From the sequence record MK250029.1: 32,000 nucleotides of DNA; one strand, given 5' to 3'. The first letter of the stretch is position 1; each line of letters opens with the position of its first letter. Below the pieces are notes generated by a model, which did not search any database, was not told the origin of the DNA, and saw only the letters and a program-made list of their open reading frames with translations. A program made the position numbers and the translations under genes. This DNA comes from Prevotella phage Lak-C1. Below, piece by piece: positions 1-10,469 of the stretch.

Positions 1-2742
1 AATATTTGTCATAAGTTCAGTAAAATCCATACCGTTATTAATAATATCTATAGCTTCGCCATATAAATGTCGTGAATTATTCTTTTTAAAATACATTACT
101 TCACCAATAGCATTCATACATTTATAATAATCATATTTTTTTATAAATGCATTCCCATCAACTTTATTACCATATTCATCTACTGCCCATCTTCTTCCAG
201 ATACTAATTTACATTTATTATCAGATTCAGATAAAATAGTTTTATAAATATCCTTCATAAACTATTTTAAACCAGTTAACGGTATAGTAGAACCAGCTAC
301 ATAATCAGATTTCTTTACATATTGATCTATCATATCCATATTAAAATTAACCGCCTCTACTGTTTCTTTACCGTGCGCATTATATATAGTACCAGCTTCT
401 TCTTGCTCTTGCTATTGTTCATCAGTCGTAGAACTTATATTCTATTTTTTCTATGCTGATACAACAACATCTTCAGATGTTGTTGCACCTTTAATATGTT
501 CTGCTCCATATCGTTTTAATGCATCATAATATGCCATTCTAGCAAGTTTACCATTTCCAATATCTACTAATACAATAGTATTTGCTGTTTTTTTATCTAT
601 TGTTTTACCTGATTTATCTTTAATTTTAGATGGTACTGGCCATTCTCTTCTAACTAATTTAACATTTGTTCTCCAATTTGTACCCTAACCCTAATCATTT
701 TCAGTATCAAATACCCATTCAATACCATCTATAATATACCAACCAGATTCTGCTTCATACATACATTCTTCTATTTTTGTACGTGCTTGACCAGTTCTAA
801 TAGCTTGTTCTGCTCTATTTAAATCCATTAAAACAATAGGCATTTTTTCACCACGAACAATACTTAAGTTTGCACCATTTAATTCAACAAGTAAATATTG
901 TTTTTGTAACTATAATAAATTTCTCATATTATGTTCATATGCAACTTCATAAAATCTATGAGTATTTCCAGATGACATCATATTATTTCCAGTTCCTTCA
1001 AGATTTGCTGCATCTCCATCAGATTGTTGATTTGTAATTTTCTCTGGTTCATTTTTATTTGATGATTGAGTTTCTGAAGTAGCCATTGCAGAATCACCAC
1101 TTGCATATGTCATATTTCTTCCAGGTCCTAATAATACGAAGAAATCGTTATCTGCTCGTGTTGGATCAAATTTTGTTCTATTTAAACATAATGAAAATTC
1201 AACACTATAATTAGGATTATTTGGATCTATTAAACCTGTGTTAACTGATGAATATTGCATTTTACAATTTAATCCAACAAAATCCTATATTTCCTGTGCA
1301 TTATTAAGTAATCTCCAATTATTAACATGATATACTGTTGCTGCTTCATTATCATCTGTAATATTAGTAAATATCTTTGTCTATATATGTGGTTTTACTT
1401 TCTATTCTTCATCTGTTTTATTTGCAGCTTTACCATCAATAGCTCTATTATTAATAAATGTATTTGTCCAAAATGTCATATCTATTGATTCATCATAACC
1501 GCTTTCACCTAATAATCTATTAATATTCATGAAAGCTAAACCATATCTCGGGTCTATCCATGATTCAAAAAATGAATTAGAATCTTTCCATGCATGTGTT
1601 GTCAAATCATGTAAAAACATTTCAGGCGATTTACAATTACACCAAACCATTACATCGTTTGTATCATCTGGATCACAAAAGAAGAAACTTAATCTTAAAC
1701 GTTTTGCAAGATCCATCATAGCATCTCGTGATGAACCATTAAAATTATATCTAGATTCTTCATTTCTTAAATCTGGTACATATAATTCTCCGGTTATAAT
1801 CTATGTCTAATATTTCTGATATTGTGTCTAATCCATCTAATCAGAAACAACATTTGTAATTCTGAAATCACATCTCATAGACTTAATCATTGCATGTCCA
1901 CTCTGAAAAAATACACTGCATCTATCACCTTGCTTTACAAAATCCTTTTTTAATAAACCAGGGTCTGATGTAGTTACTATAAGTCTCATCGTAGGTAAAA
2001 CACCTGTTAATGGCATTTGATAAATTTCATACTCATTATAATTCTTATAATAACCGGTTTCCATAGAAAAATGCTATATTTCCGTAGATTCAAAATAATG
2101 ATCATTTATACGAATTATAGGATATACGGCACCTTTATTATACCATTGATTCTCTTTAATATTAGGACTTGTTACATCCGGTACTGAAATACCAATTACA
2201 TCAGGATTATTAATATCAGCACCTAATGGTAATGAACTACGAGGATTATCTTTATCTTTATTTCCCATTGAATCCTCAAATATACCTTTATTTGAAGAAT
2301 CTTTAGAACCTTTACCATTGCCATCAGAATCATTTGCGTTATCTCCAGTATTTGATGTATTCTTATTTGTTCCTGAAGAATCATTCTCTGAGCCATCATT
2401 TGTATTAGAATTATCATCATTACTTCCATCAGAATTAGATGTATCTTTATTAGAAGAACCAACCATATCTAATATTTTATCTTCATCTGATTTTGAATAA
2501 CAAACACCACCATATTTTCCTGAACCATAATCAATAGTATAATTAAAAAAATCTTTCTTAATTATCTAATTTGTAGTTACATCTTTATATACTTTTGTTT
2601 CTGTATATAATTTTGCATTCTTACCTTTAAATATGATATTATAAGTATTATTTATTGTGTCAGTATAATAATAATGTGTTATAGTTTTATCTGATGATAC
2701 TTCTCCTTTTTTTAAATATTTAATACCATTTATCGTTAACAT
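1..2742 (-). CDS. Large baseplate/tail-associated protein, incomplete (runs off the window start), with M15-like peptidase motif near the C-terminal end
   Basis: Minus frame open from ATG at 2742 to position 1 if TAG is sense; it joins track ORFs 2074-2466, 1837-2064, 1402-1719 and 910-1260, all in one frame. About 16 in-frame TAGs, e.g. TDEQ[TAG]QEQEE. C-terminal part contains SRHLYGEAIDI (SxHxxGxAxD, M15/VanY-like). Confidence 0.75.
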
Positions 2743-2744
2743 AA

Positions 2745-3803
2745 TTATTTAGATTTCTTTGTATTTTTATTTGTATTAGATTTATCTGTACTATTAGTTT
2801 TCTTATCTGATTTACCGGTAGATGTATCTTTTTTACCAATGGATGTATCTGCAGTTTTTTTTGCTACGTCCTCTTTAGTAATACCTTGATTTGCATATTC
2901 TATAGCTGGATCATTTGAATTATATGGTATTTTTAATTCATCTAACACAATACAAGAATCATTTGTAGAATATATACGTGTATGACTACTTGCAAATTTA
3001 TCTTTTGATGAAAACATTGTTTGTTTAGATGTAGCAGAAGCCATTTGAAATGCATTATCTTTTGAATTTTCAAATATATTACCACCTTGACCGGTAAATG
3101 TTTGATATTCATCATGTACAGGATATGCATTAGAATTTCCCATACCTGTACCACCAGTATCACCAAAACCACCACCGTCTAAACCACCGCCAGAAACTTC
3201 AGTACCTAATCCTGATAAATCAGCTAAGTTTACAGAACCCATTTTACTTAATACTGCATTTGCCCATGATGTTCTGCATGTTAGTGCACCAATATATCCA
3301 TCTTTAAATGTACGTCTGCTACCATCTGCCATATATGATGTTTTACACCATGTATATGATTTCATAGATTGCTATGAACGTAATCTTGTTCCTTTACCTG
3401 CAGAACCATTTTCATAACCGCGTAGCACAATATCAGTTGATTGTCCAACTGATGTAGTTTTTCTTAACAAATTAATAAATGATTCAGAGCATCCTTTTGT
3501 TACAATAGCTATTTGCTAATCTAATGACCAATTTTCTATAGGTCTAGAATTATTGAATTGTCTCTATATTTGACGTTTCCATGCATTAGACCATTGTGCA
3601 AGTCCGGCACCATATCCGGAACCATTTGCAGATGAACCTTTAAATCTTCCAGATTTTTCAGCAGCGTTATATGCTCCAGGATCACAACCAGATTCTTCCA
3701 TAAAACATCCTGCAAATCCAGCAGCCTAGAAATCTTTAAGATGCCATGTATCCATTATTTTCTTTGTTATATAAACACCATTTAATAATTTTTTACCTGC
3801 CAT
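2745..3803 (-). CDS. Tail lysozyme-like protein (Phage_lysozyme2-like N-terminus) with a C-terminal module shared with the next gene
   Basis: 352 aa with 4 in-frame TAG. N-terminal FAGCFMEESGCDPGAYN...GSGYGAGLAQWSNAWK resembles tail lysozyme domains. Joins track ORF 2745-3365; ends TAA. Confidence 0.75.
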
Positions 3804-3809
3804 AAATCA

Positions 3810-4733
3810 TTAACCATTAGTTTTAACTGAACTATTTACTATATTTAATGTTGTCGTATTTGATGAAACACTAGAATCCCAAGGATTTATTGGAATTGAT
3901 AATTCGTCTAATACGATAGAAGAATCATTTGTTGAATATATACGAGTTGTTTTTAAATTCATTACTGAAGAATCATTCATCTATTTATATGCTGTAGAAT
4001 CTGTATATGTTAATCTTAATTTATTTTCACCAACTATTTCAAATACAGATTTTGAACCATTACCTGATGCAATAGTTTCATATTCATCATGTACAGGATA
4101 TGTATTTGAAGTATAATTAAATTGTGAACCTGCACGACCATTAAATGTACCACCAATACCATATCCTGTATTCATTTGTTGTTGCATTGTATTTCCATTA
4201 ACAGAAGAAAAATCTAATGGTGTATCAATGCTTACACCAGAATTTCGCCATATAATAGAATATCCTGGTTTAATTGATGTATAACATGGCATACCTGCTC
4301 GTTTTTTTCCATTTGGACCTGGTCGTCCATCATGTATATTTCCCCATGCGTATGACATAAAAGAAGATCCGTTTTTTCCATAAAATACTTCAACATGACC
4401 ATTTCTTGCAATTATATCGAATGGCTATAATAGTGTAAATCCTGAAAATCGTAATGGAGAGAAACCTGCTTTTTTAAGATACCTTGCAGTTGTACTTGTA
4501 GTAGATGTAAATTCATGTGAAGATACAAGATAAGATTTTGGAAACGCACCAAATAACTATAAACATGCTGATGTAAAGCCTGAACAATCATCTCCTACAC
4601 TATTACCTAATAAAGGACATGAATACATACGTCTTGATCCTGTTGCATGTCCAGAAACACCACCCTAATATGTATGAATATTATGAAAGTAAAAAGTACC
4701 CATAGATTGAACAGCTTGATTCCATGTTGCCAT
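3810..4733 (-). CDS. NlpC/P60-like cell-wall peptidase with shared C-terminal module
   Basis: 307 aa with 4 in-frame TAG. VGDDCSGFTSACLQLFGAFP (catalytic Cys context) and RNGHVEVFYG (His context). Extends track ORF 3981-4358 both ways. Confidence 0.75.
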
Positions 4734-4780
4734 ATATTATTAATTCAGTTAAATAAATTTTAAATATTTATTAAATAAAA

Positions 4781-4819
4781 AGGAGTATATCAAATAAACT
4801 GAATATTTGATACACTCCT
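4781..4819. terminator. Hairpin terminator candidate
   Basis: AGGAGTATATCAAAT (4781-4795) pairs with ATTTGATACACTCCT (4805-4819), one mismatch, with flanking A-rich and AAAATTA tracts. Confidence 0.6.
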
Positions 4820-4898
4820 AAAATTAGTTTAATATAAACCAATATATGTTTATATTTTTAAATTACACAAAATTCTCATTTAAAGTTTGTCTTATAAA

Positions 4899-5072
4899 TT
4901 ACATAGGACAAACTGTAGAATCTGCTGCTGTAGAATCAGCAGCTACTGAATCAACAACTGTAGTATCTGTTGCTGTAGAATCAGCACCAGCACCATAACC
5001 AACAGTCTTGTTACCGCATGATGCAAAACTCAATGTTACAACAGCAGCAAGTACGAATAAAATCTTTTTCAT
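4899..5072 (-). CDS. Small lipoprotein
   Basis: 57 aa: MKKILFVLAAVVTLSFASCGNKTVGYGAGADSTATDTTVVDSVAADSTAADSTVCPM. Signal peptide with lipobox ending FASC|GN. Missing from the track (below its length cutoff). Confidence 0.85.
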   Translation of the reverse strand: MKKILFVLAAVVTLSFASCGNKTVGYGAGADSTATDTTVVDSVAADSTAADSTVCPM

Positions 5073-5236
5073 ATTCTTCTTTACTTAAAATTTATTTTTT
5101 AAACTTTATTATTTATCTCAATTATTTAAAAAGTTCTTATATTATAGTGAAAAAATATATTTTTGTCTATAATTTATTATCTATAATTTTGAAGATAAAT
5201 AAATAAAATATAAACAAAATATACTTTGATAATAAT

Positions 5237-5863
5237 ATGGCAGTAACAAATGGACCTACATTACCTAAGAAATCCCCAGGTTTGTTAGGATTATCACATT
5301 TTAGAAATAGCCGTGTAGCAACATCTCTTTGGGAACCAATATATTTGAATTTATTTACTGTTCAATTAACATGTCCTCAAGGTATGGTAGATACTACAGA
5401 TGATGAGCGCTTAAATATTATTCTTGAAGGTGTATCGTCAGTTGGTTAGATTTCTACTTCATTTGGTGCAAATGCAACAGAGCAGAAGTATAAATTTGCA
5501 CAGCGTTCATTCGCAGGCGCAAAACCTGATAGAACAAACGTTGATTTGACATTACACTTTAATCTTAACCTTTCTTATGATAACGGTTCACCAGAGAACT
5601 ATACATATAAGTTCCTTCGTGAATGGGTTGACCTTATTTATGATCCTCTTACAGGTCGTGAAGGTCTTAAGAAAGATTATGTTGCGCCTTCTATGACTAT
5701 TACTATGCAAGACCGTGCAGGTAATCCTTATTGGCAATGGGTATTCTATTACATTTTCCCTACAACCGGTGTACCTGGTCCTACACTTAATTATGATAGT
5801 ACAGACCTTATGTCATGTGATATGACATTCCGTGCTGACTGGTGGGATGAATGTATGCTTTAA
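5237..5863 (+). CDS. Tail tube protein, T4 gp19-like
   Basis: 208 aa when TAG at 5447-5449 is sense (GVSSVG[TAG]ISTSFGANATEQ). Track ORFs 5237-5449 and 5546-5863 share a frame and the sequence between is open. C-terminal CDMTFRADWWDECML resembles gp19-family tube proteins. Confidence 0.8.
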
Positions 5864-5911
5864 TATTCATATATTTTATAGTAATATGAAGTTAAAAAGT
5901 TTATATAAAAT

Positions 5912-5949
5912 AAAGAGACTTAGAATTAAAAATTATTCTAAGTCTCTTT
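5912..5949. terminator. Bidirectional terminator between convergent genes
   Basis: AAAGAGACTTAGAAT (5912-5926) is perfectly complementary to ATTCTAAGTCTCTTT (5935-5949), between the plus-strand tube gene and a minus-strand gene. Confidence 0.85.
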
Positions 5950-5966
5950 TACATTATAAAATATAT

Positions 5967-6791
5967 TTAATCTTCTTTCTTTCTACGTCCACCTCTATTA
6001 ACACGTCTACGTCCGCGTGTAGGTTTTTCTTCTTCAATTACTGGTTCGACTTCTTTTAATTCAGGTTCTTCAACTGGTGATTCTGCAATAATTTCATGTG
6101 AATCTGTATTCATAAGTTTTGCATTTGACCATGTATCATCATCTGAATCATATGTGTCTATTAATTCATTTACAGCATTATCAGAATCTTCATTCTATTT
6201 TTCAAAAATATCATTAGATTCTGTATTTAAATTTGAATCATCTACATCATTTAATATAGAATCTACATCATCTGATGTTTCCACTGGTTCAATTTCATCA
6301 GGAATACTATCTACTAATGGCATACCATAACAAGATGTCGTTTCTATTGATGAATCTTCATTTTTATCTGTATTATTTCCAATATTATCTGGAATTGGAT
6401 TTGGTATATAATTTTCTGGTACTTTATGTATTAAATCACCTTCTACAAAGCCATCTCCATCTGTATCTATTGGAAATAAATGTGGATCATGACAATCGCA
6501 ATGATGATGCGGTGGACATGGTGGTACTGGTTGACAACAATGATCATGTTTACAATCACAATGATGACAATCACAATCACAATGATGACAATCACAACGA
6601 TGCTCACAGCAATCACAATGGTCACATTTTACACATGAATCTGTAAATTCGCAATCAACACAATGATGATGGTGATGACAATGATGACAATGGCAGAAAC
6701 AATAAGTTCCAACTGGTCTAATATTCATAATTTTATCACCTAAATTCCAATCACTCCAATTATCATATGATACTTTACTTGATGTTTGCAT
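5967..6791 (-). CDS. Cys/His/Asp-rich putative metal-binding protein with acidic and basic C-terminal segments
   Basis: 274 aa with one in-frame TAG (EK[TAG]NEDSD). Core CFCHCHHCHHHHHCVDCEFTDSCVKCDHCDCCEHRCDCHHCDCDCHHCDCKHDHCC; C-terminus ...PTRGRRRVNRGGRRKKED. Confidence 0.85.
6545..6640. repeat. Degenerate short tandem repeats encoding the Cys/His/Asp motifs
   Basis: Plus strand shows iterated CAATCACAATGATGA-type units (caatcacaatgatgacaatcacaatcacaatgatgacaatcacaa...). Confidence 0.7.
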
Positions 6792-6822
6792 ATATCTATT
6801 TTATTATTAATTAATTTTCATT

Positions 6823-7323
6823 TTATAGTGTTACTTCATCCTCAATTTCATCCTTAGAATCATCTGCAGGTTCTACAGGTCTAACATTAATAGTTCCATG
6901 AGGACCATGTGAACAACCGTTTTCATCAATAACTTCTTCAAACATCATAGGTTTACGATTTTTTGAATGGAATTTATGCCAATCTGGTCTATCATCATCT
7001 TCGAATGGTGGTATAAGTCTTGTTGTTGCAATACCATATGGTTTATGCTAATTAAAACAAGGCATATTCATATGACTATATTTATTAGGATGACATGGAT
7101 CACATATATTACAACCATCTGCAGGACATGTATACATTGATGGATTCTTATGTTTAATAATAAACTGTGTTTTATGAGGTCCACAAGGACGCATAATAGG
7201 TTCTGGACAAACAGGAGGTCTCCAAGGTTTACTAACTTCTACAGAAGGCGTGTATTTGTTAACTTGCTATTCAAAATAACCAACCCATGCATCTGGGATA
7301 TTACTTATATTTGTAGTTATCAT
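6823..7323 (-). CDS. Second Cys/Pro/His-containing protein, unknown function
   Basis: 166 aa with 2 in-frame TAG. Contains VCPEPIMRPCGPH and YTCPADGCNICDPCHPNK. The track shows no ORF for it on this strand. Confidence 0.75.
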
Positions 7324-7355
7324 TTGTTATATTAATTTATTTTTATTTTATTTGA

Positions 7356-8306
7356 TTATCTAAGATAATTTCTAAACTTCTTTAACATCGCCTTCCAATT
7401 AACTTGAGGATTGTTTTTATTAGATGTTATCTTCAAAACATTTTTCTGAATTATCATTAGGAAATCAATTATATTATCTAATCTTTTAAATACAAGATTT
7501 GAACTGACGGTATAAGATACACCATTATCTAATAATTTTATACCATTATTAGGATATTCTTTATTAATACGAGAAATAAGTTTCTATACTTTTTCAATAC
7601 CAACTTCATTATCCATTGGCCTCATTTTAATATTATTTTCAGGAAACAAATAATAAAAGTCTTCAAATGTTAAATGTAATGCAGAAAGTGGAATAGGTGC
7701 AAACATTCCCTTATTTGTATACTTATTATATGTTACTTTACCTAATATTGATTTTAAAAATTCTTGTCTTTGATCATATGCTTTACTTGCTTTCTTCTAC
7801 TCTTTAGAATAATTTTTTAATAACATATCCATTTGTTCAGTATTATTAAAATAATCTTCAAGCAAAACTTTTATTGAATTTACCATCCTATCTTTTCGCT
7901 TTAATTTATTATATTTATCATTAAAGATAGTTTCATATAATTTTATAGCTACATCAAAACCATATGATTCATTAATATTCTTATTATATTTTAATGAATT
8001 ATAATTTAATGTTAATTTATTTCGAGTCTTATTATCAATAACATAAACTAAATATGGGACTTGTGTGGTAGAACTAAATAAAATATTTGTAATTCTACCT
8101 GAATGATATTTCTAATCATCTATACATAAACCTTTTACATTATCGCCGATATTAAATTTACATTTATTATATTTCTTTGTCTTCACATCATTTCCTCTCT
8201 ATTGTAAATTAAAAGATAAAGGCATGATTTTATATAAGAATCCATTATTTCTCGTACTACCATTAATATTATAATTTCTCTAAGATGGTTGATTTATTGG
8301 ATTCAT
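7356..8306 (-). CDS. Hypothetical phage protein
   Basis: 316 aa with 5 in-frame TAG, otherwise open from ATG to TAA: MNPINQPS[TAG]RNYNINGSTRNNGFLYKIMPLSFNLQ[TAG]RG... Confidence 0.75.
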
Positions 8307-8319
8307 AATTTATAGTATA

Positions 8320-8913
8320 TTAAAATTTTACTGCATATGCATTATTTACTCCGCAAAGACCAGCATCAGGATTAGGTAATTTCTAATCTTGACCATAATC
8401 AGCAGTAGAGCATTTATCTAATCTAAAAAGGTATACATATTTATGAATAACAGAAAGAAAACTACTTGTTAATGAGCGAGCACCTTCATATTCAATATCA
8501 TCTACATGTAATGTAAACCAATTTTGTACACATTGTTTTAACTCATTAATAATTTCAAGAGGATTATCACTAATAGGTAATTCAATTTTAGTAATATCAG
8601 AACCTTGTAATACTCCAATTATTGACTACACTACTTCAAATATATCTTCTTTATATTGTTGTAGTCTCCACATAAAATCTTGAATATGCATCTTATATTG
8701 ATTATTAGGTGTTACACTTGCTAAATTATTAAATTTGGTATAAAATGCGATAATTTTTGTTAAATAAATAACATCATCACATTTCTATGGTTCACACTTT
8801 GAATCATCAATAGTAGATTTAATTCCTGCTACATATTCTGTTTCTTCTGGTGTAATATTCTGTGTAATATATCTTACTGTATCTTTGTCCATTAACGGTA
8901 ACATTGTTGGCAT
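8320..8913 (-). CDS. Hypothetical phage protein
   Basis: 197 aa with 3 in-frame TAG: MPTMLPLMDKDTVRYITQNITPEETEYVAGIKSTIDDSKCEP[TAG]KCDD...; ends TAA. Confidence 0.75.
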
Positions 8914-8940
8914 AATATAATATGTTTATTTTCATATTTA

Positions 8941-10240
8941 TTCAACATTTATTTCTTGTTTCACAGACACGCTACTTTTTAGTATAGTTAAATAATTTAA
9001 CTTCTTTCATCCATAGTTGGTATCTCCGCAAGCGTAAATTCGGGTATGTTCATCCCTATTTAATATCTTATATTAATATTTGTTTTAAACCATTATCTAA
9101 TATATTTAATGATGCATTATAATCTCTATCAATTTCTTTACCACAATGAGGACATATCCATTCACGTTCACTTAATTTTAAGTCTTTATAAATATAACCA
9201 CAATTATGACATGTTTTAGATGATGGATAGAATCTATCTATTATAATTAACTATCTTCCATACCATCTACATTTATATTCTAACTAACGTCTAAATTCAT
9301 ATAAAGATAATTCTTGAATAGATTTTGCTAATTTATGATTAGACATCATACCTTTCACATTCAAATCTTCAATACAGATAATTTGGTTTTCATTAACTAA
9401 TTTTGAAGTGATTTGATGTAAATACGTATTACGTTGATTACTTATCTTTTCATGAACTTTTGCTAATTTAATTTTTAATTTATTTCTATTGTTACTTCCT
9501 TTTTGCTTTTTACTTAATTGCCGTTGTAGTTTCTTTAATTTCTTTTCTTGATTTTTATAGAAATGCTTATTCTCATATCTATTTCTATTAGAATCTACAA
9601 TAAAATCTTTAATTCCTAAATCCAACCCTATTACTGTATCTAATTTTTCTTTCTAAATTATATTATAATCAATAAGAATCGATAAGTAATATTTGTTTGT
9701 AGATGTTTTAGTAAGAGTAACAGAATGAATATATTTTTCATTATGATTTAAATAGATTTCCTCTTTTCTTGAACATTTAAATAATATATTTGTTAACTAT
9801 TTTATTAAAGTTATTCTATTACCATTAATTTTCTTCTTCCCTCTAAAAATTAAATTTGTAAATCTACAACTCTATTTTGTATCTTTTTTAGATTTAAATT
9901 TAGGATAACCTTTATGTAATTTAAAGAAATTATCATATGCTTTTAATAAATCCTGCATCGTTTGTGCTAAACACATTGCATATACATCATTAAGAAATAG
10001 ATATTCATATTGTTTCTTTAAATTAGTTAAATATTTACCTAACTAAGATAAAGATGTATTTTGCTTATATTCTTTATACTATGTTTTCTTATAATCTAAT
10101 AATTTATTATATATAAGTCTACAACAACCTAACTGTTTAGAAATAAAATCTTTCTAAACAGAATCAGGATATATTCTTATTTTAATTGCTTTTAACATAA
10201 TATAATAAAAAATCGTTTATATTTTTAATTTGTATAAAAA
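8941..10240 (-). mobile_element. IS200/IS605-like element, TnpB-only; boundaries unresolved
   Basis: Complete tnpB with no TnpA seen nearby. Hairpin AGTTAAATAATTTAACT at 8986-9002 lies downstream of tnpB where a right end/omegaRNA would be expected. Confidence 0.55.
9068..10198 (-). CDS. tnpB: TnpB (IS200/IS605 OrfB-family RNA-guided nuclease) with TAG-recoded codons
   Basis: 376 aa. Ruv[15 protein letters not shown], Ruv[15 protein letters not shown], zinc finger CHNCG...CPHCG, Ruv[18 protein letters not shown]. About 8 in-frame TAG; only 9284-9625 is visible in the track. Confidence 0.92.
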
Positions 10241-10340
10241 TTGGCCGGTTAATACAAATTATTAATATAAACGATCTATAAATATCTTTAATTATATAGT
10301 ATATTCAAAATTATAAAAATAGTCTAAATTAACCGGCCAA
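10212..10340. repeat. Two interleaved 12-bp perfect inverted repeats
   Basis: ATCGTTTATATT (10212-10223)/AATATAAACGAT (10264-10275) and TTGGCCGGTTAA (10241-10252)/TTAACCGGCCAA (10329-10340). Confidence 0.9.
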
Positions 10341-10434
10341 AGTTTTTAAACATATTTCTTATATTATTTATCTAAATTATTTTAAAAATTATTGTAAATT
10401 AATAAATATTTTTATATTTATTTAAAATAAAAAA

Positions 10435-10461
10435 GAGACTTGTAAACTAAATACAAGTCTC
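10435..10461. terminator. Hairpin terminator
   Basis: GAGACTTGTA (10435-10444), loop AACTAAA, TACAAGTCTC (10452-10461), flanked by A and T tracts. Confidence 0.85.
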
Positions 10462-10469
10462 TTTTATTA

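Noticed and set aside
2223-3175. Minus-strand 79-aa and 77-aa ORFs in alternative frames
   Set aside because: Out of frame with the recoded tail proteins, with composition expected from shifted low-complexity sequence.
5018-5206. Plus-strand 62-aa ORF starting MMQNSMLQQQQ
   Set aside because: Antisense to the well-supported lipoprotein gene, whose signal peptide and lipobox are convincing.
6275-6646. Plus-strand 123-aa ORF rich in Asn/Asp/His
   Set aside because: Antisense translation of the repeat-encoded Cys/His-rich gene; a mirror of the tandem repeats.
9068-10198. TnpB as a decayed pseudogene
   Set aside because: All interruptions are TAG in the same frame, with no TAA, TGA or frameshift, and every catalytic motif is retained, matching neighbouring recoded genes.
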